Positions 8,290-16,023 are shown, numbered from the stretch's first letter. The stretch: DNA of 27,638 bases from a virus (IMGVR_UViG_3300008117_000373:1-27638), one strand, 5' to 3'. Notes: generated from the letters alone by a model not told the origin. Translations and numbers: made by a program.

Positions 8290-8532
8290 ATGACTAACCG
8301 AAAACAAGCTCACCAAATGCTAGAACTCCTACTTGATAAAGGAGTATCACATGAAACTATTCTCAATTGGATTGTGAATAATTATCTCTCAGGAGAACAA
8401 GCCATAAACGCTTTACAGCTAATGGAAATGGAATTGTTTGATGAAGTGTATGAAGAAGTAAATGATACATTTTATGATCATGAAGATGATGTTGAGTTAG
8501 ATAGTGGAGATGATGATGAACATCCACTTTAA
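8290..8532 (+). CDS. Small acidic protein, paralog of 8066
   Basis: NR..A..LLE.L...G.S...L....N.Y..G..A..AL pattern shared; D/E-rich tail. Confidence 0.7.
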   Translation: MTNRKQAHQMLELLLDKGVSHETILNWIVNNYLSGEQAINALQLMEMELFDEVYEEVNDTFYDHEDDVELDSGDDDEHPL

Positions 8533-8540
8533 ACTTAGCT

Positions 8541-8570
8541 TAGGCTCTCAAAATAAGCAATCTTATATTT
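8541..8570 (+). promoter_or_regulatory. Promoter motif TAGG-N19-TATATTT
   Basis: Recurrent motif. Confidence 0.75.
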
Positions 8571-8579
8571 ATTACTGTT

Positions 8580-8711
8580 ATGAAAGCACAAAACACAACA
8601 GGCAACACACGCTGGGATTTACAAATCCAACAAGTTAGAACTACTCAGAAAGTGGTTCCAAATAAGAAACTATATAAAAGAAAACAACGTAATGGCAAAA
8701 CAGATGACTGA
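8580..8711 (+). CDS. Small basic protein, possibly ArfA-like (43 aa)
   Basis: MKAQNTTGNTRWDLQIQQVRTTQKVVPNKKLYKRKQRNGKTDD; ATG 9 nt after promoter box. Confidence 0.5.
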   Translation: MKAQNTTGNTRWDLQIQQVRTTQKVVPNKKLYKRKQRNGKTDD

Positions 8712-8919
8712 AGAAACAAAACACGCTATTGAACAGTATCTAACTGAAAGTGAATACTTTGAATCAATAGCTAACACTTATGGTAAAGAATTGCTTAACA
8801 AAGTAGTTCATGACATGATTACATCTAAACATGATATAGAATTACTTATGAGTTTATATGAAGATTCGGGTATGTGGAGTCATGCAATGTGTTTAAACGA
8901 TATAACTGTTTCAAAATGA
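8692..8919 (+). CDS. Hypothetical protein
   Basis: In-operon ORF. Confidence 0.7.
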   Translation: MAKQMTEETKHAIEQYLTESEYFESIANTYGKELLNKVVHDMITSKHDIELLMSLYEDSGMWSHAMCLNDITVSK

Positions 8920-9128
8920 AAGTAACTAGAACATCTCAAGCCACAGGTATTACTCGTGAAGTAGAACTGGACATTACAGATGAGCAAATAATGAAATATG
9001 AAGAAGGTGCTTTGATACAAAATGCGTTTCCAAACCTAACACCTTCAGAACGAGAATTTTTAATGACAGGTATAACCGAAGATGAATGGAAAGATATCTT
9101 TGGAGGATTTGATGAAGATAATGTTTAG
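8916..9128 (+). CDS. Hypothetical phage protein
   Basis: ATGA overlap at 8916; LIQNAFPNLTPSEREFLMTGITEDEW motif. Confidence 0.75.
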   Translation: MKVTRTSQATGITREVELDITDEQIMKYEEGALIQNAFPNLTPSEREFLMTGITEDEWKDIFGGFDEDNV

Positions 9129-9155
9129 GCTTTCAAAATCTTTGATTGTATATTC
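9126..9155 (+). promoter_or_regulatory. Promoter motif TAGG-N19-TATATTC driving tRNA
   Basis: Recurrent motif; TAG is the upstream stop. Confidence 0.75.
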
Positions 9156-9175
9156 AATTTGTTAAAAAGTAAAAT

Positions 9176-9252
9176 GGGCTTTTAGCTCAGTAGGTTAGAG
9201 CGACGCTCTCATAAAGCGAAGGTGCTTGGTTCGAATCCAGGATGGCCCACCA
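9176..9252 (+). tRNA. tRNA with CAT anticodon (Met or lysidine-modified Ile2)
   Basis: Acceptor GGGCTTT/ATGGCCC (one T-T mismatch), CGCT-CT CAT AA-AGCG, T-arm CTTGG-TTCGAAT-CCAGG, encoded ACCA. Confidence 0.85.
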
Positions 9253-9274
9253 AACTAATTAAAACAAAAACAAA

Positions 9275-9382
9275 ATGGTTGTATCAATGATTATTGCAAA
9301 AGTAGTAGCATGTATGGTAATTGGAGCAGTATTAGTAGCTGTAACAATGGAGTTATTTAACTTTATTAAGAGGGCCTTTTAA
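9275..9382 (+). CDS. Small single-TM protein (35 aa)
   Basis: MVVSMIIAKVVACMVIGAVLVAVTMELFNFIKRAF; A-rich leader. Confidence 0.5.
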   Translation: MVVSMIIAKVVACMVIGAVLVAVTMELFNFIKRAF

Positions 9383-9383
9383 T

Positions 9384-9413
9384 TAGGCCCTCTAAACCTT
9401 TAAACTTATATTT
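9384..9413 (+). promoter_or_regulatory. Promoter motif TAGG-N19-TATATTT
   Basis: Recurrent motif; overlaps hairpin AGGGCCT/AGGCCCT 9371-9391. Confidence 0.75.
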
Positions 9414-9431
9414 ACTTCAAATAAAAAGGTT

Positions 9432-9692
9432 ATGATAAGCACAAGACACTCAAATGAAGCATTCAACTATGACTATGACAGAGCACAATGGTGTGTTACA
9501 CTAAGATCAGGTCAAGTAGCTTATGTTGGTGACACAGTCAAAGTTGGATTTGAAAATGGAGCAATAATAGGTACAATCAAACAAGTATCAGGATTTGGAC
9601 CTAAAGAAAAAAGAGAAGTAGTATCAATACTATTCCCAAATCGCTCAAACGGAGTGAAAGTATTAATTGATAACATAATCGAAAAACTATAA
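9432..9692 (+). CDS. Hypothetical protein
   Basis: AAAGGTT-ATG leader. Confidence 0.7.
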   Translation: MISTRHSNEAFNYDYDRAQWCVTLRSGQVAYVGDTVKVGFENGAIIGTIKQVSGFGPKEKREVVSILFPNRSNGVKVLIDNIIEKL

Positions 9693-9696
9693 ACAC

Positions 9697-9975
9697 ATGA
9701 AACAGAAAGTAGAACTAACTAATGTAATTAAAAGTGGAAACGCATTTGCTATAATGGGAGCGTTTCGAGTAGCAGCTGAAAAAGCAGGATGGACTGATAA
9801 TGAAATCAAAGAAGTACTTGATGATGCAATGAGTAATGATTATGATCACTTGTTAGATGTTATATTGAGTAATTGCGAAGAAACAGCTCGACCTGAAGAA
9901 ATGAGTTTTGACTTTGATGATTATGATGATTATGATAATGATGTTCATTTTGATGATTATGATCATTGGCGTTAA
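9697..9975 (+). CDS. Hypothetical phage protein with Asp-rich tail
   Basis: GNAFAIMG...AMSNDYDHLL motif; FDDYDDYD tail. Confidence 0.75.
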   Translation: MKQKVELTNVIKSGNAFAIMGAFRVAAEKAGWTDNEIKEVLDDAMSNDYDHLLDVILSNCEETARPEEMSFDFDDYDDYDNDVHFDDYDHWR

Positions 9976-9993
9976 TTTAAAAACAAAACAGAT

Positions 9994-10224
9994 ATGGAAA
10001 AGAAACAAACCGCAGTTGAATGGATAGTTGATTACATTAAAAATCTTGAAAAATATCCATACAAAACAATTCAAGAATTGGAAGACCAAGCCAAGCAGAT
10101 GGAGAAGGAGCAGAAACAAGAGTGTTGGTACACCGCACATCAAGTAGGAAGATTTGAAGGTAAGGGTATAGCAGAAGAAAATTGGCAGACATTTGAACAA
10201 TACTACAACGAAACCTATGAATAA
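9994..10224 (+). CDS. KQTAVEWL-family phage protein, paralog 4
   Basis: MEKKQTAVEWI...QAKQMEKEQ...EQYYNETYE. Confidence 0.75.
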   Translation: MEKKQTAVEWIVDYIKNLEKYPYKTIQELEDQAKQMEKEQKQECWYTAHQVGRFEGKGIAEENWQTFEQYYNETYE

Positions 10225-10630
10225 GAAAGAAAATTTACATTTAGAAACAGAAACCAAAATTCATTTAACGGACACAGAACGAGTTATTTTAAAACGAATA
10301 GATGAAAATACAATTCTAGCATCGGTAGAAGAGGATCTGTCTGGTATAACTCGTAAATTAGCATTCTTTGATTTAAAAAACAAACAATGGATTGGTTACA
10401 ACTCACATAACTTTAGCTTGTGGTTCACATTATGTAAAGAACATAAAGTAATCAAACCAAAAGTAATTAGGTTCATAACAACATCGGAAGTGCCCGAGGA
10501 TGTTAGGCAAATGAAGCGTACATTTACTTGTTTCAAACGCCGCATTAATATTACTGTTAATAAAATAGCTATCAAAACAAAACACGATCTTGAGGAAATA
10601 AGGGATATAGTTATGGAGCCATTTCATTAA
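10217..10630 (+). CDS. Hypothetical protein
   Basis: ATG 10217 overlapping upstream stop. Confidence 0.7.
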   Translation: MNKKENLHLETETKIHLTDTERVILKRIDENTILASVEEDLSGITRKLAFFDLKNKQWIGYNSHNFSLWFTLCKEHKVIKPKVIRFITTSEVPEDVRQMKRTFTCFKRRINITVNKIAIKTKHDLEEIRDIVMEPFH

Positions 10631-10688
10631 AAAAAGCTTGCTCCATACCACCCCAACCCCACCCTACTTATATTTGTATATACGAATA

Positions 10689-10718
10689 TAGGCTCCCAAG
10701 AAAATCGATTGTATATTC
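10689..10718 (+). promoter_or_regulatory. Promoter motif TAGG-N19-TATATTC
   Basis: Recurrent motif. Confidence 0.75.
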
Positions 10719-10741
10719 ATTTAAAATTAAAAATAAAGGTT

Positions 10742-11188
10742 ATGAAAAAAGCATTTGTATTAGTATCAATGGCACTGGCAATGATGTCGTGTGAAAAGGA
10801 ACCACTTGTAAATGAAAGTGAACTGAGGCAAATGCCTCTACAACAACGGGACTCACTTGATTGGACACTTGATTTCTCAACAACGTATAACAACATTAGT
10901 GTAACTAATTTACACCCGTATCGGGTTCAAACGTTGTTGGGTTTTAATGATGAACCCATAGGTAGGACATTTCGTTATCAAACACCGCAGTATAATTTCA
11001 CTGTGATGTATTTTTGGGCAACGTTTCAGGGTGAGGATATTCGCATCACAGGTAACTTGAATGGACATTCATTTATTATGAGTAACTGTGTGATAAATGT
11101 TTGTGGTGGACCACAAGGTACAATAATGACTTACACATTAAAGAACCACACTGGAGTAGTTAAATCAACTTGTACAGCAAGTTCTTAA
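10742..11188 (+). CDS. Putative lipoprotein
   Basis: MKKAFVLVSMALAMMSC-EKE lipoprotein signal; AAAGGTT-ATG leader. Confidence 0.75.
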   Translation: MKKAFVLVSMALAMMSCEKEPLVNESELRQMPLQQRDSLDWTLDFSTTYNNISVTNLHPYRVQTLLGFNDEPIGRTFRYQTPQYNFTVMYFWATFQGEDIRITGNLNGHSFIMSNCVINVCGGPQGTIMTYTLKNHTGVVKSTCTASS

Positions 11189-11190
11189 GT

Positions 11191-11220
11191 TAGGCTTTTA
11201 AGGTTTTTAAACTTATATTT
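11191..11220 (+). promoter_or_regulatory. Promoter motif TAGG-N19-TATATTT
   Basis: Recurrent motif. Confidence 0.75.
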
Positions 11221-11240
11221 AACTTGTTAAAAAGAAGCAC

Positions 11241-11606
11241 ATGACAAAACTAACAGAAAAAGAACTTTGGAGATTAATTGAAGATGCTACTTGGAAAGTA
11301 GATCACGACTATGATCGAATTGGAAATGAATGGTCTGAATTAGATGAAGACATTTTCAATCAATTAGAGGAATTTGCTAGGCAGAAACAAGCAGAACTAG
11401 CTAATAAATTTGAAGCCGCTTGGTTAGGTAATGATGGTGGTGGTGGTTTTGATTGTAGTGATGATGGTTGGAGTGATTTGACTGCTGATGTGGTTGGTCG
11501 TGGTGAGGAATTTTACAACAGTGTCACAGCCGATATGCTAAGGGAAATGGCTGATGTGGATGATTATGAAGAGAATTTTATGTACTCATTTCATTTTTCT
11601 GATTGA
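11241..11606 (+). CDS. Acidic DUF4240-like protein
   Basis: TEKELWRLIE...SDDGWSDLTADVVGRGEEFYN resembles DUF4240 motifs. Confidence 0.6.
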   Translation: MTKLTEKELWRLIEDATWKVDHDYDRIGNEWSELDEDIFNQLEEFARQKQAELANKFEAAWLGNDGGGGFDCSDDGWSDLTADVVGRGEEFYNSVTADMLREMADVDDYEENFMYSFHFSD

Positions 11607-11636
11607 TGGGCCTTCTAGATTCTTAAATTTATATTT
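11607..11636 (+). promoter_or_regulatory. Promoter motif TGGG-N19-TATATTT
   Basis: Recurrent motif immediately after TGA stop. Confidence 0.7.
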
Positions 11637-11654
11637 AAACAAAAATAAAAAAAC

Positions 11655-12038
11655 ATGAAAAATAAACTCGAAGAAATGAAAGCCAAAATGGCTGAAATGC
11701 AAGCACAAATGGATGAATTGCAAAGTGAAATGGATAAAATGGAAGATGAAACAGACATGAATGATGAAATTGAAAATGGTGAGTTCACATTTACTAGAAC
11801 AGAACTAACTCATTTTGTTCTTGATATGCACCAGCAGTTTATATCTAGGGTTGAAGACAACATATCAGATATGAGTTTTGATGAGGATGTTTGTGAATTG
11901 AGTCTTGATGGAAATACAATTTCTGTGGTTGTTGATAGTAGTGCTTTGGCTAGTGAAATTGTGATGGGTATGGATGAGCCAGATGCAGATGAATTGAGTG
12001 ATTTGATTGATACAATTTATAAGGAGGTCAAAGAGTAG
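11655..12038 (+). CDS. Highly acidic protein with N-terminal coiled coil
   Basis: D/E-rich throughout. Confidence 0.75.
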   Translation: MKNKLEEMKAKMAEMQAQMDELQSEMDKMEDETDMNDEIENGEFTFTRTELTHFVLDMHQQFISRVEDNISDMSFDEDVCELSLDGNTISVVVDSSALASEIVMGMDEPDADELSDLIDTIYKEVKE

Positions 12039-12053
12039 GCCTCCTTTTTCTTT
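12021..12053 (+). terminator. Possible terminator overlapping stop codon and next promoter
   Basis: AAGGAGGTC-aaagagta-GGCCTCCTT then TTTCTTT. Confidence 0.55.
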
Positions 12054-12065
12054 AAATTTATATTT
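12036..12065 (+). promoter_or_regulatory. Promoter motif TAGG-N19-TATATTT
   Basis: Recurrent motif; TAG is the upstream stop. Confidence 0.75.
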
Positions 12066-12090
12066 AATTTGCACTTAAAAAGATAAACAC

Positions 12091-12375
12091 ATGAAACAAT
12101 TGATTGCAAAACTAGATGTATCCGATGGATTCGGAAACAAAAAAGTACTAAAAGTATTCACTGATAGAGAAGAAGGAACTGTTAATTACTCATTAACAAG
12201 TAATAGTAGTGGTATTGGATTTTCCATTAGTAATATGCAATGTGGTTGGAGAGGACCATCATTACCTGACAACACATATGAGTATAAAACTAATGAAGCA
12301 TTACTAAACGCAGTCTCAGCCGCAGTGAGAGGTGGTGTGTACAATGTTGATAGTAAAAAGTTATTTGTAAAGTAA
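12091..12375 (+). CDS. Hypothetical protein
   Basis: AAACAC-ATG leader. Confidence 0.75.
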   Translation: MKQLIAKLDVSDGFGNKKVLKVFTDREEGTVNYSLTSNSSGIGFSISNMQCGWRGPSLPDNTYEYKTNEALLNAVSAAVRGGVYNVDSKKLFVK

Positions 12376-12403
12376 GGCTTTTAGAGTTTTTTAATTTATA
12401 TTT
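12374..12403 (+). promoter_or_regulatory. Promoter motif AAGG-N19-TATATTT
   Basis: Recurrent motif overlapping TAA stop. Confidence 0.7.
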
Positions 12404-12420
12404 AAATAAAAATAAAGGTT

Positions 12421-12669
12421 ATGAGAATATCAACAGAAGATTTAGTTAGGTCATATATCAACTCTCAACGTGGTTGGGCTGTGGCAGATCAATTTAGTGA
12501 TTCGTTTAACGGTGAACCATTTGAAGATCAAAACTACAACGCGCTTTTATATATTCGTGAAATAGTTAGAGACTTGGTAGAAGGAGATGTGTTGAGTGAT
12601 AGTGCTCATGATGAGATAGTATCGTACTATGATGATTTAGCTAATTATTTGGCTGAAGGAAAAGAATAG
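12421..12669 (+). CDS. Small acidic protein
   Basis: AAAGGTT-ATG leader. Confidence 0.75.
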   Translation: MRISTEDLVRSYINSQRGWAVADQFSDSFNGEPFEDQNYNALLYIREIVRDLVEGDVLSDSAHDEIVSYYDDLANYLAEGKE

Positions 12670-12696
12670 GTTTACTAGATTTTTGAACTTATATTT
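12667..12696 (+). promoter_or_regulatory. Promoter motif TAGG-N19-TATATTT
   Basis: Recurrent motif; TAG is the upstream stop. Confidence 0.75.
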
Positions 12697-12713
12697 AAAC
12701 AAAAATAAAAGAT

Positions 12714-12905
12714 ATGGCAAACATGGGCTATTGTAGGTTTGAAAATACCTACCGTGATTTATTAGATTGTTATCGCAGTATTAATAATGATCTAAGTGAT
12801 TCTGAACATCGCTATCGAGAACTTATGATTAAGGTATGTCAAGATATTCTTGATGAATATGATCCTGAGTTGTTTGTAGATGAGGAATTAGAAGAAGAAG
12901 AATAG
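12714..12905 (+). CDS. Hypothetical phage protein
   Basis: MANMGYCRFENT..DL.DC motif; acidic tail. Confidence 0.75.
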   Translation: MANMGYCRFENTYRDLLDCYRSINNDLSDSEHRYRELMIKVCQDILDEYDPELFVDEELEEEE

Positions 12906-12932
12906 GTCTTCAAAATCTATTAACTTATATTT
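12903..12932 (+). promoter_or_regulatory. Promoter motif TAGG-N19-TATATTT
   Basis: Recurrent motif; TAG is the upstream stop. Confidence 0.75.
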
Positions 12933-12955
12933 AAACTGTTAAAAAAGATAAACAC

Positions 12956-13159
12956 ATGAACACAAAAGATCTAAAATCAGATTATTCCATTTATGGAAAC
13001 AAAGGTAATGTGTGGAGCAACACAGCTCACATTTACAAATCAGGAACAGGAAACCTATGTGGCACACCAGCGCTAGCAAGTAATTGGGCCCGAATTGAAG
13101 GAGTAGAACATATTGGGTGTCCTGAATGTTTAAAAGTATATCAAACAGAAAACAAATAA
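12956..13159 (+). CDS. Small putative Zn-binding protein
   Basis: H...LCG...GCPEC. Confidence 0.65.
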   Translation: MNTKDLKSDYSIYGNKGNVWSNTAHIYKSGTGNLCGTPALASNWARIEGVEHIGCPECLKVYQTENK

Positions 13160-13172
13160 AACAAAAAAACAC

Positions 13173-13568
13173 ATGGCAACTAGATCACACATCGGAAAAA
13201 AACAATCAGACGGAACAATCAAGTACATTTATTGTCACTGGGATGGATATCCGGAATACAATGGAGAAATTCTCAAAAATCACTACACTGATGAAGCAAA
13301 AATAGATGCTTTGCTTGAGTTAGGTGACATTAGTTCTCTGAATGAAGAAATAGGAGAGAAACATGATTTTAATAACCATGATTTACGAGTTGAAAATAAA
13401 TGGGTCTGTTCCTATAAACGTGATAGAGATGAATCAGATACTGAAGCAAGAATAGTTAGTGACATTACTGAATTGACTCAATCAGGTAATTGGACAGAAT
13501 ATCATTATGTTTATGATAATGGCAAATGGAGGTGCTGGGGCAGCAATGGACGTGAAATCATTTTTTAA
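13173..13568 (+). CDS. Hypothetical phage protein (MxTRS...YCHWDGYP type)
   Basis: MATRSHIG...YIYCHWDGYPEYNG...LLELGDISSL. Confidence 0.8.
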   Translation: MATRSHIGKKQSDGTIKYIYCHWDGYPEYNGEILKNHYTDEAKIDALLELGDISSLNEEIGEKHDFNNHDLRVENKWVCSYKRDRDESDTEARIVSDITELTQSGNWTEYHYVYDNGKWRCWGSNGREIIF

Positions 13569-13571
13569 TAC

Positions 13572-13602
13572 TTGGACCTACGAAATTCTATTTGTTATAT
13601 TT
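13572..13602 (+). promoter_or_regulatory. Promoter motif variant TTGG-N20-TATATTT
   Basis: Only copy with a 20-nt spacer. Confidence 0.6.
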
Positions 13603-13634
13603 CTAACACTTAAATTAATAATAATACTCACATA

Positions 13635-13850
13635 ATGGAAGCAACACTAACAAATACAATCCCGGCTGTAATGAAACTAGAATGGGAAGTAAGGGAAGAT
13701 GATGGAACAACTTATTATTACATTGAATGGATGAATGCAAGTAATGGTGAAGTAATTGAATGGCAGTGTGGTGATAAGGATGGTTTTGTTGTTGATGATC
13801 CAATTATTATTGGCCGTATTCAAGAGGTTATAGAAATAAGTTTACTATAG
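13635..13850 (+). CDS. Small acidic protein
   Basis: Cassette ORF. Confidence 0.7.
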   Translation: MEATLTNTIPAVMKLEWEVREDDGTTYYYIEWMNASNGEVIEWQCGDKDGFVVDDPIIIGRIQEVIEISLL

Positions 13851-13877
13851 GCTTACTAGATCTTTGAACTTATATTT
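13848..13877 (+). promoter_or_regulatory. Promoter motif TAGG-N19-TATATTT
   Basis: Differs from the 12667 copy at only 2 positions; TAG is the upstream stop. Confidence 0.75.
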
Positions 13878-13904
13878 ACTTTGTTAATTTAAAAATATAA
13901 ACAC

Positions 13905-14141
13905 ATGGAAGACACACCTTATTTTTGGCACCCGGAAATTGCTAACGCACCACTTTCTGATGAGTACAAGTACGCACTACAAATTATTATGGATGATCAT
14001 TGCAATGGTGACTTTGATAAGTTGCTATCCATGATTGAAGGTTACATGGTTGATGATGAAGATTATGAATCAGCAGCAATCATTCGTGATTATAGAGATT
14101 GGAGAAAATTGAATACAGAATTAGGTCTTCAAAATTCTTAA
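13905..14141 (+). CDS. Small protein with UVR (UvrB/C)-like motif
   Basis: VDDEDYESAAIIRD. Confidence 0.6.
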   Translation: MEDTPYFWHPEIANAPLSDEYKYALQIIMDDHCNGDFDKLLSMIEGYMVDDEDYESAAIIRDYRDWRKLNTELGLQNS

Positions 14142-14151
14142 ACTTATATTT
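14122..14151 (+). promoter_or_regulatory. Promoter motif TAGG-N19-TATATTT
   Basis: Recurrent motif inside 3' end of ORF 13905. Confidence 0.75.
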
Positions 14152-14158
14152 ACTGCAA

Positions 14159-14296
14159 ATGAAAAAGATAATAGATTGGATTATTGATGGGTTAATTATG
14201 ATATTTGTAGTAATAATGACCGGAACAGTATTTATTAAGTTTTATATAGAAACACTAATTAATAAACTAAAACATAAAACACATGAAAAGAACTAA
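14159..14296 (+). CDS. Small single-TM protein, likely leaderless
   Basis: ATG 7 nt after TATATTT. Confidence 0.6.
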   Translation: MKKIIDWIIDGLIMIFVVIMTGTVFIKFYIETLINKLKHKTHEKN

Positions 14297-14657
14297 TGAA
14301 ATGATGATGCTCAATTATGAGCATGAAGTAAATGTAGGTGATCTGAAAGCAACATTGGTAGCACAAGTATGGGTGGTAGGACTACTCAAACCAGATCCAG
14401 GTTTAGAAATTGAATATGTAGACACACTTGAAATTACATTTAATGGAGTACCTATTAATGGTTATGAAAATTGGAAGAAATTTAGAGACTTTCATAAAGA
14501 TATGGGAATCAATTATGACGTGTTACTAGATGAAAGGTTTGAAGAAGCATTTGGAGAACGTAGTGCATTTAAAAGTAGAGTACTAGAGGACATAGCAGAT
14601 ATATTCATGGGTTATTTTCACACAGGAGCAGAGGATGAAGATCATTTAGGCATCTAA
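14283..14657 (+). CDS. Hypothetical protein
   Basis: AAAACAC-ATG leader. Confidence 0.75.
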   Translation: MKRTNEMMMLNYEHEVNVGDLKATLVAQVWVVGLLKPDPGLEIEYVDTLEITFNGVPINGYENWKKFRDFHKDMGINYDVLLDERFEEAFGERSAFKSRVLEDIADIFMGYFHTGAEDEDHLGI

Positions 14658-14676
14658 AGTTTAGTATAGTATATTT
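14647..14676 (+). promoter_or_regulatory. Promoter motif TAGG-N19-TATATTT
   Basis: Recurrent motif. Confidence 0.75.
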
Positions 14677-14703
14677 AACTTGTTAATTTAAAAAACACAC
14701 ACT

Positions 14704-14925
14704 ATGGACAAGAAAATTCACGGGTACTATCAATGGTCAAATAATTGTGGTTATGGAGTGATACTCTCCGATTGCGGCGAACAGGTTAAATTAGTAATTG
14801 AAGATAGTGAAACGGATTGGTTGGATATTGAATTCATAATGGATAAGGACACAGGTGAATTTGAACCAACAATTGATCACACCGGGTACAATGTGCCTTT
14901 AAGTGAAGTAATGAGAGCATATTAA
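14704..14925 (+). CDS. Hypothetical protein
   Basis: Cassette ORF. Confidence 0.7.
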   Translation: MDKKIHGYYQWSNNCGYGVILSDCGEQVKLVIEDSETDWLDIEFIMDKDTGEFEPTIDHTGYNVPLSEVMRAY

Positions 14926-14955
14926 TAGGCTTTCAAAGTACATTAACTTATATTT
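14926..14955 (+). promoter_or_regulatory. Promoter motif TAGG-N19-TATATTT
   Basis: Directly after TAA. Confidence 0.75.
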
Positions 14956-14983
14956 AACTCATAATAATTTAAAAACACACACC

Positions 14984-15301
14984 ATGAACAAGATCGGATT
15001 TAAATTTAGTTGGGAACAAGATAAACCAAAACGTACTCGTAAACCAAAGGTTGAAGAAGAAATGCCAATGATCATACCCGGAACAGGGATGGCACATATC
15101 CTCGAAGTTAGTATGAAAATAGAGGAAATGGAAACGTTTATGACTACCGCTTCATTTACACGAATGACTAAAACAAGTAAAGCAGCCTACATCAGTGCTT
15201 ATCGATTTATGGTTACAACATTAGCGCTAGTGAATGTACCACAAGGTGGGGGTATGAGTGAGTATACCAATATGGATTCAATTGGTTTTGTGAATGAATA
15301 A
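14984..15301 (+). CDS. Hypothetical protein
   Basis: Cassette ORF. Confidence 0.7.
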   Translation: MNKIGFKFSWEQDKPKRTRKPKVEEEMPMIIPGTGMAHILEVSMKIEEMETFMTTASFTRMTKTSKAAYISAYRFMVTTLALVNVPQGGGMSEYTNMDSIGFVNE

Positions 15302-15314
15302 TTTAATTAAAGAA

Positions 15315-15344
15315 TAGGCTTACAAGATTTAGTAACTTATATTT
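15315..15344 (+). promoter_or_regulatory. Promoter motif TAGG-N19-TATATTT
   Basis: Recurrent motif. Confidence 0.75.
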
Positions 15345-15371
15345 ACTTTGTTAAATTTAAAAAACACACAC

Positions 15372-15569
15372 ATGAAAATCAAAAAAGAAATTCGCACCAA
15401 ACTGATTCAAAACTTGAATAGTATTGACAACAAATTGAAGTTCCAAAAAACAACATGGAACGATGAAGTGAAAGCAGTGTTTAGTAAAACCGGTAGCTTC
15501 TGTTTCGAGAACCTAGTGTATACTAACTTCAACGAAGCACAATCATTGTATATCAAATTTAAAGCATAA
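15372..15569 (+). CDS. Hypothetical protein
   Basis: AAAACACACAC-ATG leader; ATG 15372. Confidence 0.7.
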   Translation: MKIKKEIRTKLIQNLNSIDNKLKFQKTTWNDEVKAVFSKTGSFCFENLVYTNFNEAQSLYIKFKA

Positions 15570-15574
15570 AACAC

Positions 15575-15808
15575 ATGACTCACGAATCAACAACTCATAT
15601 CGTACTTTATCCTATCATTGAACAATTCAAAGAAATGGAAGTGGACGGGGAAACAATGCAATGGTTCATTGAACAAGTCGGAATGGAACATCAAATGTTG
15701 AAACAGTTACTTATGACTGCGAAGTGGCAAGACATTGATGGTATACTTGATGATAAAAGTGAACTTGAAAATCAATTGAGAAAAGATCACTTGGCCTCTA
15801 AAATTTAA
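15575..15808 (+). CDS. Hypothetical protein
   Basis: AAAACAC-ATG leader. Confidence 0.7.
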   Translation: MTHESTTHIVLYPIIEQFKEMEVDGETMQWFIEQVGMEHQMLKQLLMTAKWQDIDGILDDKSELENQLRKDHLASKI

Positions 15809-15820
15809 CACCATATATTC
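15791..15820 (+). promoter_or_regulatory. Promoter motif TTGG-N19-TATATTC
   Basis: Recurrent motif. Confidence 0.75.
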
Positions 15821-15832
15821 AAATAAAAAGAT

Positions 15833-16015
15833 ATGACACACGAAAAACGCTTAGAAACCATTAGGGAAAATATCAGTGCATTTTCAAATTATTTGGACGA
15901 AACAAGGCAATTACACAAAATACCTGATGAAGCATGGAATTATCTAGTTGCGATTGAAAAAGCAGTGGGTGGGATATGGCCCGAAAGTGATATAGTAGAG
16001 TTAGAAAGAGGGTAA
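15833..16015 (+). CDS. Hypothetical protein
   Basis: Cassette ORF. Confidence 0.7.
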   Translation: MTHEKRLETIRENISAFSNYLDETRQLHKIPDEAWNYLVAIEKAVGGIWPESDIVELERG

Positions 16016-16023
16016 TTCAATAA

